This document shows, piece by piece, positions 37,694-49,505 of a stretch of 64,000 nt of DNA. The notes beneath the pieces are model-generated. The model ran no database searches. It worked only from the letters and a program-made list of their open reading frames with translations, and was not told the DNA's origin. The DNA is from Myxococcales bacterium. Lineage in GTDB: Bacteria > Myxococcota_A > Polyangia > Polyangiales > DASUME01. A program made the position numbers and the translations under genes. Numbering within the stretch: position 1 is the stretch's first letter; each line of letters begins with the position of its first letter. Location: contig JASGJH010000001.1 in assembly GCA_047601445.1 (NCBI GenBank), positions 1,504,001 through 1,568,000 on the forward strand, in the 5' to 3' direction.

Positions 37694-40033
37694 TCAGCGC
37701 GACGCGGCCCCCGCCGCACGCACGCTCCATGTGCTCGGGGGCACGAGCACATGGGCCTCCGCCACCTCCAACGTGGACGCACCGCTTCGCAAGCTGCCGG
37801 CGAAGGTCGCTACGGCGCGATAGGTGATGTTGAAGACCTGGCCAGGCTGCAGCGCACCCGCCACCAAATCCACGGCACCGTCCATCACGCTGAACCGCTC
37901 GATGCTGCCCGCGGCCACGAGCTCCTCCAAGCTCAGCGGGTCCGCCTGCACGCCGACGGGCAGGGCGTGGCGCACGTGGACGGGAAAGCCCGCGGGCACC
38001 GCCGCGCGAAGGGTGATGGGCGTCACCGCGCCCACGCTGGTGCGCACGACGTCGGGCACCGAGAGCTCGAGGCCAGACGCAGAGGCGGCGCTCTGCCAGG
38101 GCACGTAGCTCCCGAGCGTGAGCCCGTAGCCGAGGCCTGGCACGGCTGGTTCGGCCACCAAGGTCCACTCGTGCGCGGCGGCTAGCCCGGGCGCGGGGGC
38201 TTCGAGCGTGAGCACCTCCTGCAGCTTGTCGCGATTGAGCAGGCCTTCGAGCACGGGCTTTCCGTCCATCGAGAGCGTGATGCGCACGTCGCTCGCCATG
38301 GGCTCCTTGAACAGCATCAACACGGCCTGCAACGCGAGCATGTTGGCGCGGCCATCGCCCCAGCCGCGCTCGAGTCCATAGCTGCCGAGCAAGGTCGCCC
38401 CGAGGTCGGCGAGTAGCGGCTTGTCTTGCTCGGTGAGCGCCAACACGGCCAGCGCGGTGGCCTCGACGCGCGACGGTCGGACACCGTCGGCGCGCGTCAC
38501 GCCTTCGGCAACATCGAGGTATTGAGAGCCGTCGTCGGCACGCTTGATCGACGCCACGAGCCGCGTGCGCAAGGTCTCCGCCAGCTCCCCGCTCACTTGG
38601 CCGCTCGCTCGGCCTGCCGCGAGCATGGCGGCCGCCGTGTAGCCGTCCTCCACGTGATCCAGATGGCGTCCAAAGGCGGACAGAGCACGCGCCGACATGG
38701 CCCTCGTGCGTCGCTCGTCTTCTGGTGTGCCTGACGCCGCTGCGACCGCGCGAACGGCGTCGGCGGCCTCGACCAGCACCTGCTGGAGGGTGCGTCCGTT
38801 GGGGCCGGCGAAGGTCCCATCCGGAAGCTGCTTCTGAGCCAGGAATTCGGCGGCTCGCTGGCCCAGCCGCTGGAGCACCGCCTGCTCGGATGGACCCAGC
38901 GCCGCCTCGCACAGGGAAACCGCCTTGGCCACGTCGAGCTGGCGTCCCGCGCGCACCGCGCGCTGCGTGGCGACCAGCGAAAGCTCCCGCAGCGCATCCG
39001 GATCCACCTTGGCGCCGAGCGCGCCGAAAAGCCGTTGCGCGCGCGCAGCGAGCAGCAAGGCATAGGCGTCGTCCACCTCACCGGCCCGCGAAAGCGCGCT
39101 CTTCATCTCCGAGCGCAACAACGCCAGCGCGCCCGGAAACACGGAGAGGCGAACGTGGTCGGTCGCCGGATCCGCGCCAGCCGTCGCGGGCAGTTGCAGC
39201 GTGCGCGGTGCGGCCAACGTGCCACTGCGGGTGGTGAAGACCGGCCGCCCAGAGGGCACCACCTTGAGGGACCGCGAGACTGCGTCGTTCTGCCCGAGCA
39301 GCACGCGCAGGCGCACCTCCCCTGGCCGCTCCACGCGCAGACGCGCGTACTCGACCTGGGAACCACCCGCGGGCAGCGTCCGCGTGCCACTGCGAGCGTC
39401 GATGGATGCACCGCTAATTTCCACGGCGAACGAGGTGGTCACCGCTTGATTGGTGGTGTTCACGAGCTGGATTGGAATGGTGATCTCGTCGCCCACCACG
39501 AGGGTCTCCGGGACCACGGGGTCCACGTACACGGGCAGCGTACCGAGGAAGCTCGTGACTGCGCCGCCCTGGGCGCCATTGCGTGCGTGGGCCAGGGCGA
39601 GCACGCGCCAGCTGGTCAGCCGATCAGGCACGCGCACCGACAGCGAGGCCAGTCCCTGGTCATTCGTCACCAGCAAGGGCTCGAACAAGAAGCTCTCTGG
39701 GAACCAGCTACGCGTCTGCGCGGCCTGTTCGACCTCGCTCGTCGGCGAGGCTTTGTTCGCCCCTGGAGACCTGGCGACGCTCACGCCCAACGCATCGGCG
39801 AGCGCTCCTCCTCCTGCGGCAGGGTCGTAGCCGCGGTCGGCCTCCGGGAACTTGCCGCCGCCAACCTGGGGCTCCATGGGCGCCGGCACCTCTTCGGGCT
39901 CCTCGGCGAGCCCCAGGTCACGCGCGGGCGCGCTCGCTCGCTGGGCCTCGAGATTGACGCTGGGACTCTCCTTCGCGCACGCGGCAGATAGCGCGACCGC
40001 TAGCGTGATCAACCTGCGACGGCGCGCACTCAT
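37694..40033 (-). CDS. Alpha-2-macroglobulin-family lipoprotein (C-terminal-type subunit)
   Basis: Lipobox LSAAC; TRSWFPESFLFEP...VPDRLTSWRVLALA and P..LVVGDEI.IP A2M motifs; ATGA overlap with the upstream gene. Confidence 0.85.
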   Translation of the reverse strand: MSARRRRLITLAVALSAACAKESPSVNLEAQRASAPARDLGLAEEPEEVPAPMEPQVGGGKFPEADRGYDPAAGGGALADALGVSVARSPGANKASPTSEVEQAAQTRSWFPESFLFEPLLVTNDQGLASLSVRVPDRLTSWRVLALAHARNGAQGGAVTSFLGTLPVYVDPVVPETLVVGDEITIPIQLVNTTNQAVTTSFAVEISGASIDARSGTRTLPAGGSQVEYARLRVERPGEVRLRVLLGQNDAVSRSLKVVPSGRPVFTTRSGTLAAPRTLQLPATAGADPATDHVRLSVFPGALALLRSEMKSALSRAGEVDDAYALLLAARAQRLFGALGAKVDPDALRELSLVATQRAVRAGRQLDVAKAVSLCEAALGPSEQAVLQRLGQRAAEFLAQKQLPDGTFAGPNGRTLQQVLVEAADAVRAVAAASGTPEDERRTRAMSARALSAFGRHLDHVEDGYTAAAMLAAGRASGQVSGELAETLRTRLVASIKRADDGSQYLDVAEGVTRADGVRPSRVEATALAVLALTEQDKPLLADLGATLLGSYGLERGWGDGRANMLALQAVLMLFKEPMASDVRITLSMDGKPVLEGLLNRDKLQEVLTLEAPAPGLAAAHEWTLVAEPAVPGLGYGLTLGSYVPWQSAASASGLELSVPDVVRTSVGAVTPITLRAAVPAGFPVHVRHALPVGVQADPLSLEELVAAGSIERFSVMDGAVDLVAGALQPGQVFNITYRAVATFAGSLRSGASTLEVAEAHVLVPPSTWSVRAAGAASR

Positions 40034-43021
40034 GGCTTCTCCTTCTGGACCCAGGCAGCCCAATTCTCGACGTCCTCGGGCAAGTACGCGCCCCCTACCA
40101 CCACGTGCGGAGCCGTCAGCGCCAGCAGATCGGCGGGCAGCTGACGAAGCCTCAGGCGTCGACCATAGGCGTCGTCCACCCGCTGTTTGCGCGCCTCGAG
40201 CGCGGACAGGGCACGGTTCCAGAGCGACGCCATGGTGGCAGGTCGCATCTTGTCCCCGGGCTTCGCGGCACGCTCCCAGGCCCGTGCCTGCGCGTACAAC
40301 TCCGGCAGGATGGCGTAGAAGCGATCCGTCAGCTCCTCCACTGGGTCGAAGTGCGTGGCAGTCTGTCCGCCCACCGACGCTTCGAGCTCCGGCGTCGAGG
40401 GAATCCCGTTCACCCGCAGCACGGTGGCGGCGGCGGCGTTGGCCCCCACGATGCGTCCCAACGCGAGCGCTTGGCCGTCCAGGCTTCCGAAGGCAGGCTC
40501 ACTGGTCTCGACTCGCGGTGCGAGGCCCGACATGTCATCCGGCGCTGGCAACCTCGCGAGCTGGCCCAGACTCTGGTCGACACCGAAGAGCCCTACCGCC
40601 GCGCGCCCACCATGCCCACTCACCAACGTTTGCACCTCGAGCTTGGCCCACTGCCCAGGCGCATAGCGCGGATGCTCGGCCGCCAACTTCACCTTCAGCT
40701 CGGCCGCGGGCTTCACGTAGATCAAAGCCCGCGTGCCTGCCCCGGAGACCTGACACCAGCCGTCCACGCCGCGAGGCAGCACGAGCGCCGCGCGATGTTC
40801 CTGGTCGAGCTTGACCGTGCTCTGGTGCTTCAAGCACTCGAGTGCGAGCTCCTCGGGCAATTCACCGCGGAATTCCGGGCCGCGCAGGAGCTGCGCGCTC
40901 ACTTTCTCACCGGCCGTCGGCCAACACGGGGCTCACGCGAAGGCGCAAGTCGGGAATGGTGCCTGGTTCGACGATGACCTTGGTGGTGGGCTTGCCCTCG
41001 ACGTCCGCGCGGATGGTGAACTGATAGGCGAGTCGCGTGGTGGCTTGCGGCCGCGCCGCTTGAACGTGGGCAGGCAATGCGACGCGGAAGCGCACCACGC
41101 CGAGGACGTCGTCGGAGGCTTTTTCCGCGAGCTGGATCGGCGCACCGATGCGCGACGTGACGCATTGCTCTGCCCCACCCGCCTGGCCGGCCAGCGGGTC
41201 GTCGCTCCAGGCGAGCTGCACGGCGCGCTGGCCTGCCGTGCTCCGCCAGGTGAGCATGCGCGGCAGGGCGCCTTCCACGTCGCGAGGCAAGCAGTCGCGT
41301 GCGCCCGCGGCCAGCTCGTCGAGTGCCTCCTGGAGCCCCGGTGGAGCCGACGCCACGCTCTCGATGGACGCGGCCAGGCTGGACAGCTCGCTGCCCTCCA
41401 GCTCGAACGTCAGCGCGTACATGCGCTCTTCCCCGGCGGGCAGACGCCGCGACCGCAAGATGCCCGAGACGCAACGCTCGAGGGGACCTGCGCCCGCCGT
41501 GACCGCAGTGAAACTACCGCTCGCGGCCACCCGCAGCCCTACCCGAGCCGTCGAAGAAATACCCGCCCACTTGGCACAGGCAGCGAGCGGCTCGAGCCAA
41601 CGATCGATCTCCACCTGGTCGACCAGGGGCGCGCCCGCGCCGCGGAACAGCTCCTGGGGAACGCCGCGCCGGACCTGAGGCTGCCGCGCCGGAGCTCGCC
41701 ACGGCATCGGTGGGATGACGATGTTCGAGGGCGGCCCCGGATCGATCTGCAGACTGGCCACGCCGTCTTCGTCGAGCTGTGCTTCGATGCCCGGATCCGA
41801 GGGCTGCCAGCTGCGCATCACGCGGATCGCCGCGTTCGGCAGCACACGCCCGTCCGCCGTGCTCACGCGCACGTAGAGCCGATTGTTAAAGCCCTGTGCC
41901 AGTCGGTCGCCGAGCTCGGTCACCACCGAGGCCTGGATGGCGTCTTCACTCATGAGCACCGTCGTGGACGTCTGCACGCGATCTTTGGTGGCATCGGTGG
42001 CCACGATGCGGGCCGTGGCGCGCACTTGCCCGCGCAGGTCGTCGGGGATCTTGGGTAGCGTCAACTCGAAGCGCCCGTCGAGCCCCGTGCTGCCGTGCTC
42101 GGGCAAGGCATCCTCGAGCCACTCGGTGGGCGGTTGCCATTCGCCCTCGAGGGCCCAGCTCACCGCGAGTTCGGCGCGCGCCACCGGCGCACCCGAGCTG
42201 TAGTGCACGGCCCCGGTGATCACGGGCCGCTCACCGGCCCGATAGAATGGTCGGGCCGTCTCGGCGTCGACCCGGAAGCGCGGCAGCGTGAAAGGCTCCA
42301 CGCGCACGTCCGCCTCCGCGCTGGCCTGCCCCGACTCCCACTTCACCTTCCAGGTCCCCACGTCGGCACGCGAGTCGAGCGGGAACGAGCCCGCCACGAC
42401 CCCGAACTCGCCCGCCGGTGCGGCTTCCTCCAGCAAGACCTCGCCTGCCGGGTTCGTCACGATCCACCGCCCGGGCCGCCCGTCGATGGGCGTCAGATCC
42501 CGCGCGCGCACCACCACGGCACGGAACTTCACCAGGTTGCCCGGCTCGTAGAGCGGGCGGTCGGTGATCACGTGGATGCGCGCCGGCGCGTAGAGCGCGA
42601 GCGGCAGGTCGAGCTCGCCCTTCCCCAGCGTGGTCTCGTACACGAGGTGCAGCTTGTAATCGCCGTCGGGCACCTCGGGCAGCTGCACCCTCGCGCGACG
42701 TGGACCGTCGTCGTCACTCCAACGGCTGTCCTTGGCCAGGCCCACCGGAGTGGCCTTGCCGTCGGCGGCCACCAGGCTGAGCTGGCTCGACTTCCAGTCC
42801 GAGAAGGCATGTTGCATCAGCTCGTCGGAACCGCTCGGCGTGTACATGGCGACCGACAGGAGCTCCACGTGACCGACGCCGCCTCGCCGCAGCTCCCACG
42901 CGGACATGCTCACCACCTGCCGCAACGCCCCTTCGTGATCCGGCCAACCCGACCGGCTGAACCACAACACGCCCAAGACCAGGCTCGCGACCCCCAGCCC
43001 CAACCAGCTTCGATGCTTCAT
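40030..43021 (-). pseudogene. MG2-domain macroglobulin-like protein split by a +1 frameshift into 40907-43021 and 40030-40902
   Basis: MG2 motif ITDRPLYEPGNLVKFR and FTLPRFRV in the 5' part; VGLFGVDQSL in the 3' part; removing one base near 40920 gives a continuous 996-aa frame ...PVLATAGEKVSAQLLRGP... Confidence 0.7.
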
Positions 43022-43121
43022 GAATCGCTGACTCCGAACGCCTGGTGATCCATCACGGAACCATGGAAACCACCGTATAGACGCCTCAAACGGGCATTCG
43101 GTCTAGGGGTTTTGGGGTGAG

Positions 43122-43763
43122 CTAGACCCAGGCGAGCGAGAACACGGCCACGCTTTGGGTATCCGCGGGCGACAGGTCCCGGGCGTACACCTTGCGCACC
43201 AGGAGCTCCAGGGTGCCCTCCAGCATGCCCGCCCAACCCTCTCGCACGTACTTGAAGCGGGCGATGTCGATGCCATGCAACTCGACCCGAGCGTCCTTGG
43301 GTCCCAACTTCACCACGCTGCACTCGCCACCCTGGACCAGGCGCCCGAGGAACGCCGGCAGGCGCGGCAAGACCGACCACGGCGTCACCGTTTGACCGAG
43401 CGCCCGCACCAGGACCGCAAAGTGACTGTTCTGCACGCGCTGGGCGACGTGCCGACCATTTTCACGTGCCTCGCTGTCCGAGAAGCCCAGTTGCGACACG
43501 GTCGCATAGTGGACCATGCCCACGTCCATCGGCAGCCAGGTAGCAGCCACCAGGCTCCCCAAGGTTTCGGCGTATTCGCGCGGCAAAGCCTGCTGATAGA
43601 GCCGCAGCTTGCCGGCGCGCTCGACGGCGGACTGCGAGGAAATCAGGGTCGTGCTGCGGATGGCGGTCGCCAGAGGCACCCGCTCGGGAGGCGCGGAGAG
43701 ATGCACCAGCACTTCGGCCGCTCCGTTGGTCCCTGGTCGCGCGCCCGTTCGAACTTCCACCAA
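43122..43763 (-). CDS. Myxobacterial hypothetical protein (possibly related to DUF2378/TIGR02265-like ligand-binding folds)
   Basis: Coding-like ORF; RSTTLISS, ATWLPMD, TPW and KLGPKDARVE pattern recalled from myxobacterial paralog families. Confidence 0.6.
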   Translation of the reverse strand: MVEVRTGARPGTNGAAEVLVHLSAPPERVPLATAIRSTTLISSQSAVERAGKLRLYQQALPREYAETLGSLVAATWLPMDVGMVHYATVSQLGFSDSEARENGRHVAQRVQNSHFAVLVRALGQTVTPWSVLPRLPAFLGRLVQGGECSVVKLGPKDARVELHGIDIARFKYVREGWAGMLEGTLELLVRKVYARDLSPADTQSVAVFSLAWV

Positions 43764-44056
43764 TCGTTCTCCGTCGCCGCTTGAGACGGCCCCCCAGCAG
43801 CCGTCGCGACCGCCTCAGCAGCGATTCTTACTGCAGACCTTACGCCGCCATGCAACTGCGTCGCGCTGCAATCGCTGGCGCAGCGCCGCAACATGCTCAC
43901 TCGGATGTACGCGTCGGGACCCATGGCGCGCTGCACCAGGCGCGAAAAGGCAGAAAACCGACGATGGGTGCGCGTGCATTGCGCACGCTTTCGCGCGACA
44001 GAAACGTGTTGCCCCCGAGGTCAAACGGGCCAGTGTATAGGCGGGCGGCCTTCGAA

Positions 44057-45490
<1,434 letters not shown>

Positions 45491-45632
45491 GCCTAGCCAA
45501 CCGCGCACATGTCCGCACTGGATGGCGCAGACGTCCCGCGACGGGGACGAGGGTCTCTTGCTCCGTCCGGCGCGCTCGTGGAAAAATCGGCGGTGTTCGC
45601 GCGCAAACTTCGCGCGGGCGCAGTGATCTCCA

Positions 45633-46049
45633 ATGCCAGTCACCTACGAACACCAGGGCCAAGTCTTGATCGCGGTCATGCCCGCCGAGGAACTCAATCG
45701 CCAGGAGTTCGAGCAGCACTTGAACTACGTGCAGGGCGTCTTCGACCGCGGCAAACCCTTCGGCATGTTGGTCGACGCGCGCCTTTCTCCGGGCATGTCC
45801 GCGGACAACCGGCGTCTGGTGGCGGAGCAGAAGGACGCCCAGTTCAAGCAGGACCCCACGCGGCTCGTGGGCACCGCCGTGGTGCTGTCGTCCGTGCTCC
45901 ACCGCAGCGTGTTCTCGGTGATCTCCTGGCTCAAGAGCTCATCCTCCCCGCTGCGCGCCTTCGCCGATGTCCCCACGGCGGCGGCCTGGTTGAACTCGCT
46001 GCTCGGCGGCAGCAGCGTCAATGCGCCCACCAAGCGCGCACAGCGCTGA
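45633..46049 (+). CDS. STAS/SEC14 (SpoIIAA-like) small protein
   Basis: FGMLVDAR...RR..AE...GTAVVLSS.LHR......W...P.RAFAD...A.AWL pattern. Confidence 0.7.
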   Translation: MPVTYEHQGQVLIAVMPAEELNRQEFEQHLNYVQGVFDRGKPFGMLVDARLSPGMSADNRRLVAEQKDAQFKQDPTRLVGTAVVLSSVLHRSVFSVISWLKSSSSPLRAFADVPTAAAWLNSLLGGSSVNAPTKRAQR

Positions 46050-46066
46050 CGCACCCGGCTGACGAA

Positions 46067-46951
46067 TCAGCCGACCAACGAGATCACCAACTTGGTCTCC
46101 GTGCTCTCACCGGGCGCGAGCAGGCGCGCCGAGCCGTCTGCCAGGGCGCCGAACTTCGCGCTCCAGGGCTCCACGCACACGAAGTCGCGCCCAGGCAACG
46201 ACCACACGACCAGCACGCCCTGATCGTCGTCGAACGCGACCTGGATCGCGGGCAGCCCCGGGCGTGTCAGCACGACCTCTCGCGCGCGCTGATCGAGCAG
46301 GTGCAGATCGACCTCCCGCCCTTCGAACTCGATGGGTGCGCTCAGGGGAATCTCTCGCCCGGTCACGTTGTCGTGGGCCCGCGTGGCGTCGCTGCTCAGG
46401 CGGGTCTGCGCCTTGTCCGCGTCGCGCACATAGAAGTAGGGGTGTAGCCCGGGTTGGATCGGCATCGGCGTCGCGCCGCGATTCTCGAAGCGCTGCTCCA
46501 AGCTCAGGCGGCCGCCGCTCAGGCGATAGCGGAAGCGCAGCGCGAACTCGAAGGGATACTGCGCGCGGGTTGCGTCGGACGCCTCCAGGCCCAGCGTTAC
46601 CTGCGCTGCCTGCGCGTCAGCCGAGGTCTCGAGGATCTGCCAGGGCAGATTGCGAGCGAACCCGTGCTGCTTCATGGCGTAGGTCTGCCCCTGCCAGGAG
46701 TAGCTCCCGTTCGGCAGCTTCCCCGCGATGGGAAAGAGGACGGGAATGCCGCCGCGCACGCTCTGGGCCGGGTCACGGAGCGTGGCGTCGTCCATGTAGA
46801 GCACCGGAACCCCGGCCACGCTGAAGCGCGTCAACAGCCCGCCTCGTGCAGGCGCCAGGGTTGCTCGAGCGTCGCTTGCTTCGTCGAGCAAGCACAGGGT
46901 CTCGAGCACATCGTGCGTGGACTCGATTCTGGGCACGCCCCAGTAGAGCAC
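46067..46951 (-). CDS. Aldose 1-epimerase / galactose mutarotase-like protein
   Basis: VRGGIPVLFPI, QHGFARNLPW, GLHPYF and FVCVEPW motifs. Confidence 0.9.
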   Translation of the reverse strand: MLYWGVPRIESTHDVLETLCLLDEASDARATLAPARGGLLTRFSVAGVPVLYMDDATLRDPAQSVRGGIPVLFPIAGKLPNGSYSWQGQTYAMKQHGFARNLPWQILETSADAQAAQVTLGLEASDATRAQYPFEFALRFRYRLSGGRLSLEQRFENRGATPMPIQPGLHPYFYVRDADKAQTRLSSDATRAHDNVTGREIPLSAPIEFEGREVDLHLLDQRAREVVLTRPGLPAIQVAFDDDQGVLVVWSLPGRDFVCVEPWSAKFGALADGSARLLAPGESTETKLVISLVG

Positions 46952-47015
46952 GCTCGTCCATGCTGGGCGACCGCCAGGCGCGTGCGAACAGGCCCGGGTG
47001 CCAGGCCCGCGCCCC

Positions 47016-47344
47016 CTACTCGAGGTAGCCGGGAAACTTGGGCAGCTTGCCGAAATCTTCGAGCGAGTGCTGAACGATGAAGCGTGCGCGGTTGTTCTTC
47101 ACGATGCGCCCGACGTTCCCTTGGGGTGCCGCACCAGATAGGCGCCCGCCACGAACTTACCCAGCTTCCCGTCGAGCTCGCCGGTGTCGCAGAACATGGC
47201 GGCGTCTTTGAAATCGATAACGCCTCCATTCAGCGCGTACAGACGAGGCTGGGACGGCTCGTCGCTCGCAGCGCCGAGCGGAGAGAATGCGAACGGCAGC
47301 GTCGCCAGGGCGATCAGCCCGAAAATCCACGAAATTGTGCGCAC
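47016..47344 (-). pseudogene. N-acyl homoserine lactonase-like (metallo-beta-lactamase fold) gene with internal deletion
   Basis: AGGAG RBS; signal peptide and RLYALNGG...FCDTGE.DG...YLVRHPKGT join out of frame to VGRIVKNNRARFIVQHSLEDFGKLPKFPGYLE-stop (47114-47016); no HxHxDH motif. Confidence 0.75.
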
Positions 47345-47497
47345 GATGAAACTCCTGGTTGAGCTCGCTCGAAGGCGGGCGGCCTTGTGGCCTCCGTCCG
47401 TCGCTCGCCGCGGCCGCGCGCGTTACAGCCTCTCGCGAGTGCAGAACGTGTCGACTGAGCCCAGAGTTAATCAGCAACCGAGCTCTGGAGGTGAGTC

Positions 47498-47686
47498 ATG
47501 ATCGAGCCAAGCCCTCTGGAAACCGATACGGCCATCTATCGCATTCAAGCCCTACGGCGGGCCCGACAAATCGCGCTGCTCACCGTGAAGGTCAACGAGC
47601 AGGAGATTGAGCGCGAGCTGGATGAGGTCGATGCGGCCACGCTGGGCACTTCGCCCGACGAGCTCCGCGCCTTGCGACCTTCCTGA
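47498..47686 (+). CDS. Small hypothetical protein (62 aa)
   Basis: Strong GGAGGTG RBS before the ATG; fills an intergenic gap; helical, acidic C-terminus. Confidence 0.6.
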   Translation: MIEPSPLETDTAIYRIQALRRARQIALLTVKVNEQEIERELDEVDAATLGTSPDELRALRPS

Positions 47687-47715
47687 ACGCCGCCCTCACG
47701 GGCAGTGCCGGTGGC

Positions 47716-48579
47716 TCAGAGCTGGGTCTTCACGGACGCAGCCTGTGCGCCGCCCAGCAGCTTATCCGTGAACAGCGCGAGCACGCGATCCAGGGCCGCC
47801 CGGGTGGGTTGACCAGGCTCGTCGATGAGGCTCAAGGTAAGCACCGAATGATGGCGTGGGAGCGGGTTGCGGGGATGCCCGTCGGCCTGCTCGAGCTCCA
47901 CGGCCACGAATGCATCGCCCAGCTTCTCGCGCAGGTACGCAAAGCGCTCCTTGGGCACCATCGGATCGCCGCGAAAGCGCAACCCCAACACCGAGAGGTC
48001 CTCGCGTGCGCAGCGCTTGGCGAGCGCATCCAGGGCCTCGGGCTCGCAGTCGATGCTACCCCGCCGCCCGCTTGTCATCGCGAAGGGCAGCGAAGGTTGC
48101 GACAAAACGGGAGCGAGTACGCAGGGCTCGGCCGCCACCGCCAGGGCGAAGCCACCGGTGAAGCACATGCCGATCACGCCGACACCGGGGCCACCACAGC
48201 GCTGGTGCTCCTGCACGGCGAGGCGGCGCAGGAGGTCCACCACGGGGGAACGCTCACCCGCAGCCAGGATATTGAACTCGCGACGAATGCACACCGAGAC
48301 CATCGAGCGCGCGTAATAGAGCCCATTGGCGGCGACACCGCCCACGACGGGATTCCTGCCTGCAATGCCGAACAAATCGGGCAACACAGCGGTGAGGCCG
48401 AGCGCCACCAAGCGATCGGCGAAGCCGAGCACCTGCGGAGAGATGCCGGGCATTTCCGTCAGGACGAGCACGGCAGGTCCCTGGCCCTTACGGAACACGT
48501 CGTAGCCCAGGCCGTGGTGCTCGAAGTGCTCGCGAGCAAACGTGGCGAGCTCTCCTCGCGGCGCGGCGCGTCTCTTCAT
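47716..48579 (-). CDS. Dienelactone hydrolase-family alpha/beta hydrolase
   Basis: EMPG, nucleophile GMCFTGG, RF.GDP and HSVLT motifs. Confidence 0.88.
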   Translation of the reverse strand: MKRRAAPRGELATFAREHFEHHGLGYDVFRKGQGPAVLVLTEMPGISPQVLGFADRLVALGLTAVLPDLFGIAGRNPVVGGVAANGLYYARSMVSVCIRREFNILAAGERSPVVDLLRRLAVQEHQRCGGPGVGVIGMCFTGGFALAVAAEPCVLAPVLSQPSLPFAMTSGRRGSIDCEPEALDALAKRCAREDLSVLGLRFRGDPMVPKERFAYLREKLGDAFVAVELEQADGHPRNPLPRHHSVLTLSLIDEPGQPTRAALDRVLALFTDKLLGGAQAASVKTQL

Positions 48580-48653
48580 GGGCTCACTTGAGCACGAAAG
48601 CGGGTTCGCTGTCGAAGCCTTCACTGCACCTCGCGAGCATCCCCGAGCCCTGC

Positions 48654-49295
48654 CTAGATTTGTGCGGCTGCTGCGCGCCCAGCGGGCCCACACGGCAAGA
48701 CCAGATACTCGCGCGGAAAGGCGAAGCCCACACGTTCGGCCTCGAACTCGAGCTCGCTGGTACCGAAGAAACGCACGAGCTCGCCTGGGTCCGAGGGGGC
48801 CCGGCGCGACAGGCCCACCTGCTTCAACCGGATGCCCGTGTGCGTCAGCGCGCGAGCGATCTGCACCAGCGTCGCCATGAAGAACTCCTGCAAGTGCCGG
48901 CCCTCGTGTCGGCTGTGCTGGCCGGGCAGGTCGCGACCGAAGTAAGCCGACTCGCCCTCGACCACCAGGCTCAACTCGAGCTCCGGATGGAGCAATCGCG
49001 CCGAACGCACCATCCGCTCGCAGGCCGCGCCCAAGGTCGGCACCGTGGAGCAGTACAGCTCGAGGGCCCCGAGCAGCCCGGGCTTGTAGGCCGCGCCCAG
49101 ATGCAGACCGAAGTAGGGATCTCCCGAGAGCGCCGCTGCGCCATTGACGAACGAGAGCATGGCCTCGAACATGAGTTCCCCGGACGCGCGCTCGCCGAGC
49201 CGGTGCACACCGACAAGCCCTGCGGGGTCCAAGCCCAGCTCCCGCAACCGCGCGAGCACCAACGGCACGACCGACGAAGCCACGGAGGAGTGCAT
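48654..49295 (-). pseudogene. AraC-family N-terminal ligand-binding domain lacking the HTH (truncated)
   Basis: SGDPYFGLHLG...LGALE...PTLGAA...RFFG...F......F pattern; stop follows FPREYLVLP with only about 75 bp before the next gene. Confidence 0.65.
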
Positions 49296-49505
49296 GCGGA
49301 GGCCCTTTCCGGCGCTGGAGTTGGAGGAGAAACTACGGCAGCGGCGCCGCCTGGGCTAGGTCGAAGCGCGCTTTCGCGCTGGCCTCACCCCGGCTCCGGT
49401 CCCGCCCCAATCAAACGCATTCGCTAGCTACCTTACGTTCGGCCTACGCGCCCGCGCCTACTTGATGGGAAGCGGCCGCCTCGCGGCTCACGGAGGGTGG
49501 AAGCC

